A stretch of DNA of 51,529 nt from Vicinamibacterales bacterium (GTDB taxonomy: Bacteria; Acidobacteriota; Vicinamibacteria; Vicinamibacterales; UBA2999): NCBI GenBank assembly GCA_050747925.1, contig JBOGIV010000174.1:1-51529 (forward strand), written 5' to 3'. The translations under genes and the position numbers were made by a program. The notes beneath the pieces were generated by a model, which was given only the letters and a program-made list of their open reading frames with translations, had not been told where the DNA came from and searched no databases. Of this stretch, positions 17,859-26,686 are shown one piece after another; positions within the stretch are counted from its first letter, which is position 1; the number at the start of each line of letters is the position of its first letter.

Positions 17859-18419
17859 TCAACTGCCGGCGACGCGCGTCGCGTCCGAAATTGCCTGCGT
17901 TGTCACACTTCCGTCCGATTGATAGACCAGTCGGCGTTCCGGCTTGCCGCTTCCCGACAGATCCAGCTCCACTGACGCGAGCCGACCTGCACGATATTTC
18001 TCCCACTTGTCGACTCGACCGTTCTCGTCGACGTCCTCGTCGACGCGGGTGATCTGTCCTGCCTCGTAGTATTCCCACCGCGCAACCTTCCCTGTGGTGT
18101 CGGAGGCTTCTTCTGCACGCACGATCACGGCGTCACTCGATCCCGACGTGGCGAGCGGGCTGTAGTACTCCCATCGCTCCGGCTTCCCGTCGGCGTTCTC
18201 ATCGATTTCGATGCGCTGGATCCTTGTGCCGTCCATGAAGGCACGCGCTTCGAACTTCCCGTCCTTGTCCCGGTCAACCTCAATGGAGGTCAGCCGCCCC
18301 GTGTCGCGGTTGTATTGGGGCACGACCGCGCCCGCAGGTGATGCCTGCGAGCCGCAGCCGCTGCCAATCACCGCCAGGGTGAGCGCGGACCGAAGCCATG
18401 AGCTGTCAGGCGCCGCCAT
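17859..18419 (-). CDS. Lipoprotein with repeated DxDxDG(K) calcium-loop-like motifs
   Basis: Track ORF is 17859..18482 (GTG). I prefer the ATG at 18417-18419, giving MAAPDSSWLRSALTLAVIGSGC (lipobox IGSGC). Repeats are DRDKDGKFE, DENADGKPERWEYY, DEDVDENGRVDKWEKY and SGSGKPERRLVY. Confidence 0.6.
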   Translation of the reverse strand: MAAPDSSWLRSALTLAVIGSGCGSQASPAGAVVPQYNRDTGRLTSIEVDRDKDGKFEARAFMDGTRIQRIEIDENADGKPERWEYYSPLATSGSSDAVIVRAEEASDTTGKVARWEYYEAGQITRVDEDVDENGRVDKWEKYRAGRLASVELDLSGSGKPERRLVYQSDGSVTTQAISDATRVAGS

Positions 18420-18842
18420 CGGGTAAAGCCTGGAATGCGCCGACAGAATGGTGCGGATCAACACAGAGCTTCGCCCTCTCACTTACAAGGATTCGCAACG
18501 AATGCAGCCTCATGAATTCTCGAGAGCTTCTTGACCACCGCTCGCGAACGACCCCCCAACCAGGCAAGGAGCCGGCCAAAATCCGACAGCCACCTTATCG
18601 GCTTGCAAAAGCGAAAGGTTAATGAGTTTACCGGCCGAATTTACAGGATTTCGACCCCACTAACGTGGCGGTTTGCGCGCCCGTTCGTGGCGTCGGTGTG
18701 CGAATTCCAAACATGGCCTACGAAGCTTGGTAGGAAAGAGTCTGAAACCTGATTGAGTGTCTTCGAACGTCTCCAAAGCACAGTGGAGGTTGAGCTTGCG
18801 GTGTTTTCTGTGGTGCGGAAAAGTCGGGATGGGTATATAGTC

Positions 18843-21365
18843 ATGCCCAAACATTCTGTTTGGTGTGTCTGTTTCCAGACCCGTCTCGTCGCGAGGTCGG
18901 CTAGCGTGCAACGGACTATTGGAGTCAGCGCTGGAATTTTGATTCTTGGTCTGGGGCTCTCTTCCACGAGCAGCGTTGCTCAGAAGGCGGCCGCACCCGC
19001 GAAGCCTGCCGTCGCGCGCCCCTCGTCGCCGGTCCCATCGCACGCAGTACCGGCGCCCGATCAAAACGTACTGGTGAAGCGCTACTGTGCCGGCTGCCAT
19101 AGCGAGCGTGGCCGGGCCGGAGAGTTGTCGCTGGCAGCGTTCGATCTGGCGACCGCCGCGGATCACGCGGAGATCACCGAGAAGATGATCCGCAAGCTGC
19201 AGGCGGGGTTGATGCCTCCGCCCGGCGCCTTTCGTCCAGAACCTGCGGTGCTTCAGGCCTTCGTTGCGGCGCTTGAATCGAAGGTCGATGCCGCGGCGGC
19301 GGCGAATCCGAATCCAGGCGGACGTACATTCCAGAGGCTCAATCGTCCGGAGTACTCGAGCGCGATCCGCGAGCTGCTCGGTCTGGACGTGAACGCGGGC
19401 AGTTGGCTTCCGCTCGACACGATGAGCGCAAACTTCGACAACATTGCCGACGAGCAGACGCTCTCGCCGATGTTGCTCGACGCGTACCTGAATGCGGCCG
19501 CTGACATCAGTCGCATGGCGGTCGGCGACAAGGACGCTCCAACGCTCGATCACACCTACACGAACCCGGCGTATCTATCGCAGCATCCGTGGAATCACGT
19601 CGAGGGGACGCCCTACGGCACGCGCGGCGGCATGGTCGTGGAGCATGTGTTCCCCGCCGACGCGGAGTACTCGTTCCAGCTGTCTTTCACCTCGGGCGAC
19701 AACACCCGCTTCGAAGACATCGACCTGTCGATTGACGGCGAGCGCGTGGCGCTCGTCCCGTTCGAGAATGGTCCCGCCATCGCCGCCGACGGCAGCGGCG
19801 CGACGCCGATGTGGACCGAGCCGATTCTCGTTCGTGCCGGTCAGCACAACGTCGCGGCGGCGTTTGTGCGCAGGCTCGACGGACCGTACGAAGATCTGAT
19901 CCGGCCGCACGATTGGTCGTATGCGGGCGGCGGATCTGGTGGAGGCGGGATTACGACCCTGCCCCACTTGCGAGATCTCGTCGTGCGCGGGCCGAACAGG
20001 GTCACCGGCATTTCGATGACGCCGAGCCGGCAGACGATCTTTACCTGCCGCCCCGTCTCGGCCCAAGAGGAGCGTCCGTGCGCGCGTCAGATCGTGACGC
20101 GAATGAGCGGCGAGGCTTACCGGCGAGCGCTGACCTCCGCCGAAGTCGATCGGCTCATGCCGTTCTACGAGAAGGGCGCCGCGAAGGGGGGTTTCGAGGC
20201 GGGGGTCCGATCGTCGCTCGAAGCGATTCTGTCGAGCCCGCATTTCATTTTCCGTCTCGAGCGCGCGCCGACCGACGCACGGACCGGCGGCACCTATCGT
20301 GTCGCCGATGTCGATTTGGCGTCGAGGCTGTCGTTCTTGATTTGGGGTCAACCGCCGGATAAGGAGCTCGTCGCAGCCGCGGCCCGCCGGGAGTTGTCGT
20401 CGGCTGCCGGTCTCGAAAAGCAGGCGCGTCGCCTTCTGGCCGATTCACGAGCGGCCGCACTGGGCGAGCGCTTCGCGGCCCAGTGGCTGCGCCTCCAGGA
20501 CATCGACAAGGTGCATCCGGATCCAAACTTCTTCCCGAACTTCGACGAGAGCCTCGCCGACGCGATGCGGACTGAGACCAAGCTTTTCTTCAACAGCCTC
20601 GTCGCCGAGGACCGAAGTCTGCTTGACCTCTACCGCGCCAACTACACGTTCCTCAATGAGCCGCTCGCCCGCCACTACGGCATCAGGGGAGTCATCGGGA
20701 ATGAGTTCCGGCGCATCACCTACCCCGACGGCTCTCGACGCGGCGTCCTCGGCCAGGGGAGCATGTTGGTGCAAACATCTCTCGCCAACCGCACTTCGCC
20801 GGTTCTGCGCGGCAAATGGGTGATGGAGGTGCTCATGGGAACACCGCCACCACCCCCACCGCCGGATGTGCCGGATCTCGATGCCGCGGCAGAGTCTCGC
20901 GACGGCCGACTGCTCACGACACGTGAACGGATGGAGGTCCATCGCACCAACCCGACATGCAATGCCTGTCATCGCTTCATGGATCCGATCGGGCTCGCCC
21001 TCGACAACTTTGATGTCACTGCCAAGTGGCGTCAACGCGAGAATGGCATGCCGCTCGACACCGCCGGCGATTTTTATGACGGAACGCGCGTCACCTCGCC
21101 AGGCGAGCTCGTCGCCGCGCTGCTCAGGCGTCCGGTGCCACTCGTGCGCACCTTTACCGAGAATCTGATGGCCTACGCGCTCGGACGTCGTCTCGAGTAC
21201 TACGACCAGCCGGCTGTTCGAACCATCGCGAAGGCCGCGGCCACTACCGACTACAAGATGTCGTCGTTCATCATCGGCGTCGTGAAGTCCGACGCGTTTC
21301 GCATGCGGCGCGTGGAGCCAGAGGCGACCACGACCGAAACCACGAAGGTCAGCGGACAGCACTAG
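18843..21365 (+). CDS. DUF1592/DUF1588/DUF1585-type large periplasmic protein with two CxxCH motifs
   Basis: The N-terminal motif is RYCAGCHSERGRAGELSL..KLQAGLMPPPG (planctomycete cytochrome-like). The C-terminal motif is HRTNPTCNACHRFMDPIGLALDNFD. Start is ATG at 18843, or GTG at 18906 giving the signal peptide QRTIGVSAGILILGLGLSSTSSVAQ. Confidence 0.8.
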   Translation: MPKHSVWCVCFQTRLVARSASVQRTIGVSAGILILGLGLSSTSSVAQKAAAPAKPAVARPSSPVPSHAVPAPDQNVLVKRYCAGCHSERGRAGELSLAAFDLATAADHAEITEKMIRKLQAGLMPPPGAFRPEPAVLQAFVAALESKVDAAAAANPNPGGRTFQRLNRPEYSSAIRELLGLDVNAGSWLPLDTMSANFDNIADEQTLSPMLLDAYLNAAADISRMAVGDKDAPTLDHTYTNPAYLSQHPWNHVEGTPYGTRGGMVVEHVFPADAEYSFQLSFTSGDNTRFEDIDLSIDGERVALVPFENGPAIAADGSGATPMWTEPILVRAGQHNVAAAFVRRLDGPYEDLIRPHDWSYAGGGSGGGGITTLPHLRDLVVRGPNRVTGISMTPSRQTIFTCRPVSAQEERPCARQIVTRMSGEAYRRALTSAEVDRLMPFYEKGAAKGGFEAGVRSSLEAILSSPHFIFRLERAPTDARTGGTYRVADVDLASRLSFLIWGQPPDKELVAAAARRELSSAAGLEKQARRLLADSRAAALGERFAAQWLRLQDIDKVHPDPNFFPNFDESLADAMRTETKLFFNSLVAEDRSLLDLYRANYTFLNEPLARHYGIRGVIGNEFRRITYPDGSRRGVLGQGSMLVQTSLANRTSPVLRGKWVMEVLMGTPPPPPPPDVPDLDAAAESRDGRLLTTRERMEVHRTNPTCNACHRFMDPIGLALDNFDVTAKWRQRENGMPLDTAGDFYDGTRVTSPGELVAALLRRPVPLVRTFTENLMAYALGRRLEYYDQPAVRTIAKAAATTDYKMSSFIIGVVKSDAFRMRRVEPEATTTETTKVSGQH

Positions 21366-21383
21366 TCACAGGAGACCGAGACG

Positions 21384-22802
21384 ATGGAGTTCATTACTGG
21401 TCAGCACATGCCCCGGCGCACGTTCATTCGGGGCGCGTTGGGTGCCACGGTAGCCCTTCCGTTCCTGGACGCAATGGTGGCCGCACAAGGCGCCGGCGGC
21501 AGGGCCAAGGCGACCATCGATCGGACTCGGCTGATCTGCATCGAGGAGGTTCACGGCCTCGCCGGGTGCAACAAATGGGGAGCCTCGAAGTTCCTGTATG
21601 CCCCGGACACCACGGGACCGGACTTCAAGTTCTCGGCCGACAGCGCGTTGGGCTCGCTCGCCCCTTACCGCGACTACCTGACCATCGTCAGCAACACCGA
21701 CGTCCGGATGGCCGAGGCGTTTACGGCCCCTGAAATCGGCGGCGACCACTTCCGCTCGAGCGCGGTCTTCCTCACGCAGTCGCACCCAAAGCAGACGCAA
21801 GGGTCCGACATCTGGGCGGGAACTTCGTTCGACCAGCTCTACGCGCAGCGATTCGGCCAGGCCACGCCGCTGCCCTCGATGCAGTTCTGCATCGAGAATC
21901 TCGATCAAGCGGGCGGCTGCACCTACAACTATTCGTGCGCCTACACCGACTCGATCAGCTGGGCCTCGCCAAACGAACCCCTGCCGATGATTCGCGATCC
22001 ACGGGTCGCCTTTGACCTGCTGTTTGGATCGGGCGGATCGGTACAGGACCGCGCGGCTCGCCGTCAAAGCCGCCGCAGCATCCTCGACTGGATCGCCGGC
22101 GAAGTCGCCGACGTCCGCAAGGAGCTGGGACCGGCAGACCGCACGCGCCTTGATCGCTATCTCACACACGTCCGCGAGATCGAGCGCCGCATTCAGGCGG
22201 TCGAGGCTCGAAACAGCAGCGGCGAAGCCCGCGAGCTGCCGGATGCCCCGCGCGGCGTGCCCGACTCGTTCTCCGAGCACATGCGCCTGCTGTTCGACCT
22301 CCAGGTGCTCGCGCTTGAGACCGACATGACCCGGATCATCTCGTTCAAGACCGGACGTGACGCGCAGAACCGCGTCTTCCCAGAGAGCGGATCGAACCAG
22401 CCGTTCCACCCCTCGTCGCACCACGGCGATCGCGAAGAGCGGATCATGGAGTTCAACAAGATCTGCAAGTACCGCGTCGGCCAGTTGCCGTACCTGCTGG
22501 ATCGGCTGAAGGCCTCGATGGAGGGCGACACCAGCCTGCTGGACAAGACCATGATCATCTGGGGCTCGCCGATGGCCGACCCGAACATCCACAATCACCG
22601 TCGATGCCCGCTGATGCTGCTCGGCAGGGCCAACGGCTTCCTGAAGGGCAACCTTCACCTCAAAGCCCCAGACGGCACGCCGATGGCGAACGTGATGCTG
22701 ACGCTCCTGCGTCAGCTCGGGATTGAGGACATGAGCCAGTTTGGCGACAGCGCTGGCGAGTTCTCGCTGGCTTGGACAGGCTCCACCACCGCTGCGGTCT
22801 AG
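21384..22802 (+). CDS. DUF1552-family protein with Tat-type signal
   Basis: The N-terminus is MPRRTFIRGALGATVALPFLDAM. A conserved PFHPSSHHGD block is present. The SD-like aggag lies 8 nt upstream. It starts 18 nt after the DUF1592 stop, which is the canonical pairing. Confidence 0.8.
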   Translation: MEFITGQHMPRRTFIRGALGATVALPFLDAMVAAQGAGGRAKATIDRTRLICIEEVHGLAGCNKWGASKFLYAPDTTGPDFKFSADSALGSLAPYRDYLTIVSNTDVRMAEAFTAPEIGGDHFRSSAVFLTQSHPKQTQGSDIWAGTSFDQLYAQRFGQATPLPSMQFCIENLDQAGGCTYNYSCAYTDSISWASPNEPLPMIRDPRVAFDLLFGSGGSVQDRAARRQSRRSILDWIAGEVADVRKELGPADRTRLDRYLTHVREIERRIQAVEARNSSGEARELPDAPRGVPDSFSEHMRLLFDLQVLALETDMTRIISFKTGRDAQNRVFPESGSNQPFHPSSHHGDREERIMEFNKICKYRVGQLPYLLDRLKASMEGDTSLLDKTMIIWGSPMADPNIHNHRRCPLMLLGRANGFLKGNLHLKAPDGTPMANVMLTLLRQLGIEDMSQFGDSAGEFSLAWTGSTTAAV

Positions 22803-22857
22803 TGATTGAACAGAGAGCGGCGGTCCGATCCGGCGCTCTCCACTCGAGGAGAACGAA

Positions 22858-24714
22858 ATGCGACGCCGTCTTCCCCTCAATCTCGCTTTGGTTTTGTTCG
22901 TCACCGCCGCGCTCAATGCCGCTCCGGCTCGTTCTCCGGTCGCTGACGCAGCCATGCGCGGCGATCGGGCGGCCCTGCAAACGCTCATCAGGGAGGGCGC
23001 AGACGTGGGCGCGGCACAGGGCGACGGCATGACGGCACTCCACTGGGCCGCCGAGCGGGGCGACAAGGAGATGGCCGAGATGTTGATCCGCGCGGGCGCG
23101 GACGTCTCGGCGGTCACCCGCATCGGCCAGTACACGCCGCTCCATGTCGCCAGCAGGGCCGGGAGCGCCGCCGTCACGGCGACGCTGCTGCGCGCCGGGG
23201 CCGATGTCAAGGCGCGATCGACTTCGAGCGGGGTCACGGCGCTTCACTTAGCGGCGGCTTCGGGCGGCGCTGACGTGATCAAGATGCTCATCGATCACAA
23301 GGCGGACGTGAACACGCGGGAGTCCGAATGGGAACAGACGCCGCTGATGTTCGCCGCGGCGCTGAACCGGGGCGACGCCGTCAAGACGCTTTTAAGCGGC
23401 GGCGCGGATGCGAATCTGACGACAAAGGTCCTCGACGTCGCCAAGCAGGGGGCGCTCGATCGCGCATCGAACGAGCGACAGCGCAAAGTCATCGAGGGCT
23501 TCATCGGCAAGGACTCCGAAGTGAAGCCAACGCCGAGCCAGGTGCGAGCCGCGGTGGAGGCGTCGCGGGAGCTGTTCCGTTCCGGAAAGATCCCTCCTCC
23601 GGATGCCAATAACCCCGAAGCCAATCCTCGCGGTTTCAACCCCGAGGAGATCAACCCGCCGGTCGCGACCAAGGGGGGAATGACGGCGCTCCTCCACGCG
23701 GCTCGACAAGGGCACATCGAGGCTGCGCGTGCGCTGCTCGACGGCGGCGCCGACATCGACAAGGTCAACGCGGGCGACGGAACGAGCGCGCTCGTCACCG
23801 CCATCATCAATGGGCAGTTCGATGTGGCGATGCTGCTCGTCGAACGCGGCGCCAACCCCAATCTGGCCGCCAGGAACAACGGTGTGACGCCGCTTTGGGC
23901 CGCCGCCAACGTGCCATGGCAGCCACGTACACGTTTCCCGCAGCCGCAGGAGATGGAGCTGCAGAAGGCGACCTACTTGGATGTGATGCAGGCATTGCTG
24001 GAGAAGGGCACCGACGTGAACCATCGCATCACCTCTCACCCCTGGTATCTGGTCTACACCGGATGCGGGAACCGCAACTGCGGTCTGGCTGACACCTCAG
24101 GCTCGACCGCCTTCTGGCGCGCCGCGTACGGCACGGATCTGATGGCGATGAAACTGCTGGCGGCCTATGGAGCGGATCCAGACATTCCGACCACCGCGCC
24201 TCGGCAGCAGGTTCGACGCGGAGGGGGACCGCCTCCGGGCGCCGCCGGAGGAGGACAGCCAGCTGGCGCCGGTGGCGCGATCATGCCGGCCGCCGAGCCC
24301 GGCATGCGCAGGTACGACGCGCCGCCAATTCCGTACGGCGGCCCGGGCGCGTACGCGATTCACGCCGTCGCTGGCATCGAGTATGGCGAAGGGTTCGCGG
24401 GCAACGCGCATCGGCACGCGCCTGATGCATGGATGAGCGTGATGAAGTACCTCGTCGAGGAGCTCCACGCCGACGTCAACAGCCGCGACAACGACGGCTA
24501 TACGCCGCTCCACCACGCCGCGGCACGGGGCGACAAGGAAATGATCATTTACCTGGTCAGCAAGGGCGCCGATGTCGCCGCCGTCGCTCGAAGCGGTCAG
24601 ACTACTGCAGACATGGCCAACGGTCCCGTGCAGCGCGTCTCGCCGATGCCGGAGATCGTGGCCCTGCTCGAGAAGCTGGGCTCAAAGAACAGCAACCGCT
24701 GCGTCGTCTGCTAA
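22858..24714 (+). CDS. Secreted ankyrin-repeat protein
   Basis: The signal peptide is MRRRLPLNLALVLFVTAALNAAPA. Multiple ANK units are present (G.TALHWAAERGDKEMAEMLIRAGADV, TPLHVASRAGSAAV, TALHLAAASGGADVIKMLIDHKADVN, YTPLHHAAARGDKEMIIYLVSKGADV). There is an internal Gly/Pro-rich linker. The SD gaggag lies upstream. Confidence 0.85.
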   Translation: MRRRLPLNLALVLFVTAALNAAPARSPVADAAMRGDRAALQTLIREGADVGAAQGDGMTALHWAAERGDKEMAEMLIRAGADVSAVTRIGQYTPLHVASRAGSAAVTATLLRAGADVKARSTSSGVTALHLAAASGGADVIKMLIDHKADVNTRESEWEQTPLMFAAALNRGDAVKTLLSGGADANLTTKVLDVAKQGALDRASNERQRKVIEGFIGKDSEVKPTPSQVRAAVEASRELFRSGKIPPPDANNPEANPRGFNPEEINPPVATKGGMTALLHAARQGHIEAARALLDGGADIDKVNAGDGTSALVTAIINGQFDVAMLLVERGANPNLAARNNGVTPLWAAANVPWQPRTRFPQPQEMELQKATYLDVMQALLEKGTDVNHRITSHPWYLVYTGCGNRNCGLADTSGSTAFWRAAYGTDLMAMKLLAAYGADPDIPTTAPRQQVRRGGGPPPGAAGGGQPAGAGGAIMPAAEPGMRRYDAPPIPYGGPGAYAIHAVAGIEYGEGFAGNAHRHAPDAWMSVMKYLVEELHADVNSRDNDGYTPLHHAAARGDKEMIIYLVSKGADVAAVARSGQTTADMANGPVQRVSPMPEIVALLEKLGSKNSNRCVVC

Positions 24715-24718
24715 ACGC

Positions 24719-24752
24719 AAAAGAGGCGACCGGTCTTCCGGTCGCCTCTTTT
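24719..24752. terminator. Rho-independent, bidirectional-looking terminator
   Basis: aaaagaggcgaccgg (24719-24733), loop tctt, ccggtcgcctctttt (24738-24752). This is a perfect 15-bp stem with an A-tract 5-prime and a T-tract 3-prime, 5 nt after the ankyrin stop. Confidence 0.8.
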
Positions 24753-24794
24753 GCCCTCTTGGGGTTCACGCTCGAGCGCAGCGGTCTGCTTGCC

Positions 24795-24824
24795 CACCCG
24801 GCCTACCCGGCCCACCCCGGGGCC
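24795..24824. repeat. Degenerate 9-mer tandem repeat (YACCCGGCC x3)
   Basis: The sequence is cacccggcc tacccggcc caccccggggcc. The unit is the same as in the array at 43599-43644. Confidence 0.5.
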
Positions 24825-24834
24825 TGTGAGTGAT

Positions 24835-24853
24835 GCGAGGCCTAACGCCTCGC
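24835..24853 (-). terminator. Small hairpin abutting the stop of the DUF5658-like gene
   Basis: gcgaggc (24835-24841), loop ctaac, gcctcgc (24847-24853). The stop codon tta lies at 24854-24856. The stem is short (7 bp) and there is no U-tract. Confidence 0.3.
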
Positions 24854-25363
24854 TTACCGCAGCTGGCGAATTACCGACATGTTATGAGCGACGACCGTGG
24901 CCATCACGCCGTTGCTCACCGCCAGCAGCGCGACCGCGGCCACCTTGTTGCGAGGCCAGAGACGCTGTGCCGCGTAAATCGTCGCCGCCGTCATCGAAGA
25001 CTTCACCGCAATCAGCACCGCGGGGTTGCGAACTGCGCCACGCATCAGCGGATTGGCCTCCACGGCGCCGTGTTTGATTGCCGTCAGTGTCGTATAAGCA
25101 TCGAGGCCCTGGAGCGCTGCTGACGTTACTGAGAGCGCCGCGAGGCCTGCGCGGTTGCCGGAGCGACGTGTCTCGAATCTCGGCTGGGCTTCCTCCCTCG
25201 TCGTGCTCGACGCCGCGATTGCGGGCGCGAGATCAGAGGTCGCGAGATCGGCGGCCGCCAGGGCGCCGGCCAATCCGACGGTCGCCGGCTGCTGAGCGGC
25301 GGCCAGGTTGGGCACGCTCATCACGACGGCACCGAGCACCAGGGTCACGAGGGAGCGTCGCAT
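24854..25363 (-). CDS. DUF5658-like small membrane protein
   Basis: It has a signal/TM N-terminus and the motif LDAYTTLTAIKHGAVEANPLM (D..T......E.NP type), followed by hydrophobic spans. The family name is from memory. Confidence 0.65.
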   Translation of the reverse strand: MRRSLVTLVLGAVVMSVPNLAAAQQPATVGLAGALAAADLATSDLAPAIAASSTTREEAQPRFETRRSGNRAGLAALSVTSAALQGLDAYTTLTAIKHGAVEANPLMRGAVRNPAVLIAVKSSMTAATIYAAQRLWPRNKVAAVALLAVSNGVMATVVAHNMSVIRQLR

Positions 25364-25526
25364 CGAGATTCTCCAGAAGCGCCAGCGCGTGATCGCGCCG
25401 GAAGCGCTCCTGAGAGAGCGACATCAGTGCCACTCGGATCAAACTCATCTAAGCCCTTCTTTTCAAAGTCTTTAGTGAGAATCTTCTGGATCGAGAGAGG
25501 TGTGCATATGTGCCATACTGGCGCAT

Positions 25527-25553
25527 GCGCCGCACTGTTTTAGCGTGCGGCGC
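25527..25553. promoter_or_regulatory. 9-bp perfect inverted repeat in divergent promoter/5-prime UTR region
   Basis: gcgccgcac (25527-25535) and gtgcggcgc (25545-25553) are separated by 9 nt. The element lies about 80 nt upstream of the cytochrome c ATG. The adjacent palindrome gcgcatgcgc is at 25521-25530. Confidence 0.2.
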
Positions 25554-25631
25554 GCACAGGGATCGCAGCGGCTTTTGGGCTCTTCGTCCGCCGATTCCCT
25601 TCTCCGATCCCGTCGACTAAGATGCACCCTC

Positions 25632-26093
25632 ATGCACACCCGACTCGCGGTCGTGGCCGTCGGCTGCTTGCTCGCCGGCTGCCGCGCCGCCGGCCCGACG
25701 GGGCCGCCGTTTCGGAGCGTGGCCACCACCAAACAGCTGATGAATGCCATCGTCGATCCCGCCGCCGATGTAGTCTGGGAGGCCGTCGGCACCGTCATCA
25801 CGCCGAGTGGAACGACGGAGATCGCTCCGGCCTCCGACGAAGAGTGGGCCGCCGTGCAGAATGGCGCGCTGGCCCTCGCGGAGTCCGGCAACTTGCTGTT
25901 GCTGCCTGCCCGAGCCGGCGGCAACGAGGAGTGGATGAAGCTGGCTCAACAATTGATCGACCTCAGCGAGAAGGCGTCGAAGGCCGCTGAGGGAAAAAAC
26001 GCCGCGGCCGTATTCGATCTGGGTGCGGAGATCTATGGCGTCTGCACGAACTGTCATCGCCAGTTCATTCAGGCGCAGCAGTCCAGCCGATAG
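25632..26093 (+). CDS. Class II (c-prime/c556-like) cytochrome c lipoprotein
   Basis: The start is taken at MHTRLAVVAVGCLLAGC (lipobox LAGC). A single CxxCH sits close to the C-terminus (GVCTNCHRQF), which is the hallmark position for four-helix-bundle class II cytochromes c. Confidence 0.7.
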   Translation: MHTRLAVVAVGCLLAGCRAAGPTGPPFRSVATTKQLMNAIVDPAADVVWEAVGTVITPSGTTEIAPASDEEWAAVQNGALALAESGNLLLLPARAGGNEEWMKLAQQLIDLSEKASKAAEGKNAAAVFDLGAEIYGVCTNCHRQFIQAQQSSR

Positions 26094-26099
26094 TCGTTC

Positions 26100-26663
26100 A
26101 TGTCGCTGCTGGCGTTCTGCGAATGGCTTGCCGCAACCAACGGCAGCATTGCGCTGCACGAATCCCTGTATATGTACCCCATGGTGGAGTCGGCGCACGT
26201 GCTGACGCTGTGCGCGTTCGTGGGACTCGCGTTCATCCTCGATCTTCGCCTGCTCGGGCTCGCGTTCAAACAGACCCCGGTCTCAGAAGTCGCGAAGCTG
26301 CTTCCGTGGTCGGTCGTGGGGTTTGTCGTGATGGTCATTACGGGATTGCTGCTGTTCTACGCGATTCCGGTCCGGACGTATCAGAGCGTGTTCTTCCGCG
26401 CGAAGGTGATCTTTCTGATCCTGGCGGGACTGAATGTGTGGTTCTTCAACTCGCGCGTGTATCGTCGCCTGTCGGACTGGGATCACCTGGTGGTGACGCC
26501 GCGGCCGGCTCGAATGGCCGCGGTGATCTCGCTCGTGTTATGGGCGGCCATCATCGTCGCCGGCCGGATGATTGCCTACAACTGGTTCGACTGCGATCTC
26601 CAGCCGCAGTCGGCATTCATCAACTGGGCTGCTGGGTGCGTGGTCAACCCTGGCCCGCAGTAA
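26100..26663 (+). CDS. DUF6644-like integral membrane protein (copy 1)
   Basis: 187 aa with 4-5 hydrophobic spans. It shares the blocks P-M-V-E-S-A-H and LDLRLLG with the next gene. It starts 7 nt after the cytochrome stop. The family name is from memory. Confidence 0.65.
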   Translation: MSLLAFCEWLAATNGSIALHESLYMYPMVESAHVLTLCAFVGLAFILDLRLLGLAFKQTPVSEVAKLLPWSVVGFVVMVITGLLLFYAIPVRTYQSVFFRAKVIFLILAGLNVWFFNSRVYRRLSDWDHLVVTPRPARMAAVISLVLWAAIIVAGRMIAYNWFDCDLQPQSAFINWAAGCVVNPGPQ

Positions 26664-26686
26664 TACTCGGAATGTGACGAGGGCTG

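Noticed and set aside
21366-23237. A 623-aa minus-strand ORF antisense to the DUF1552 and ankyrin genes.
   Set aside because: Its composition is Arg/Ala/Gly-rich and low-complexity, with no recognisable motifs. It lies exactly opposite two ORFs with strong family signatures. This is a typical GC-rich antisense artefact.
26123-26677. A 184-aa alternative-frame ORF overlapping the first DUF6644-like gene.
   Set aside because: It is Arg/Gly/Pro-rich with no hydrophobic spans. The 26100 frame encodes a coherent membrane protein with a paralog next door.
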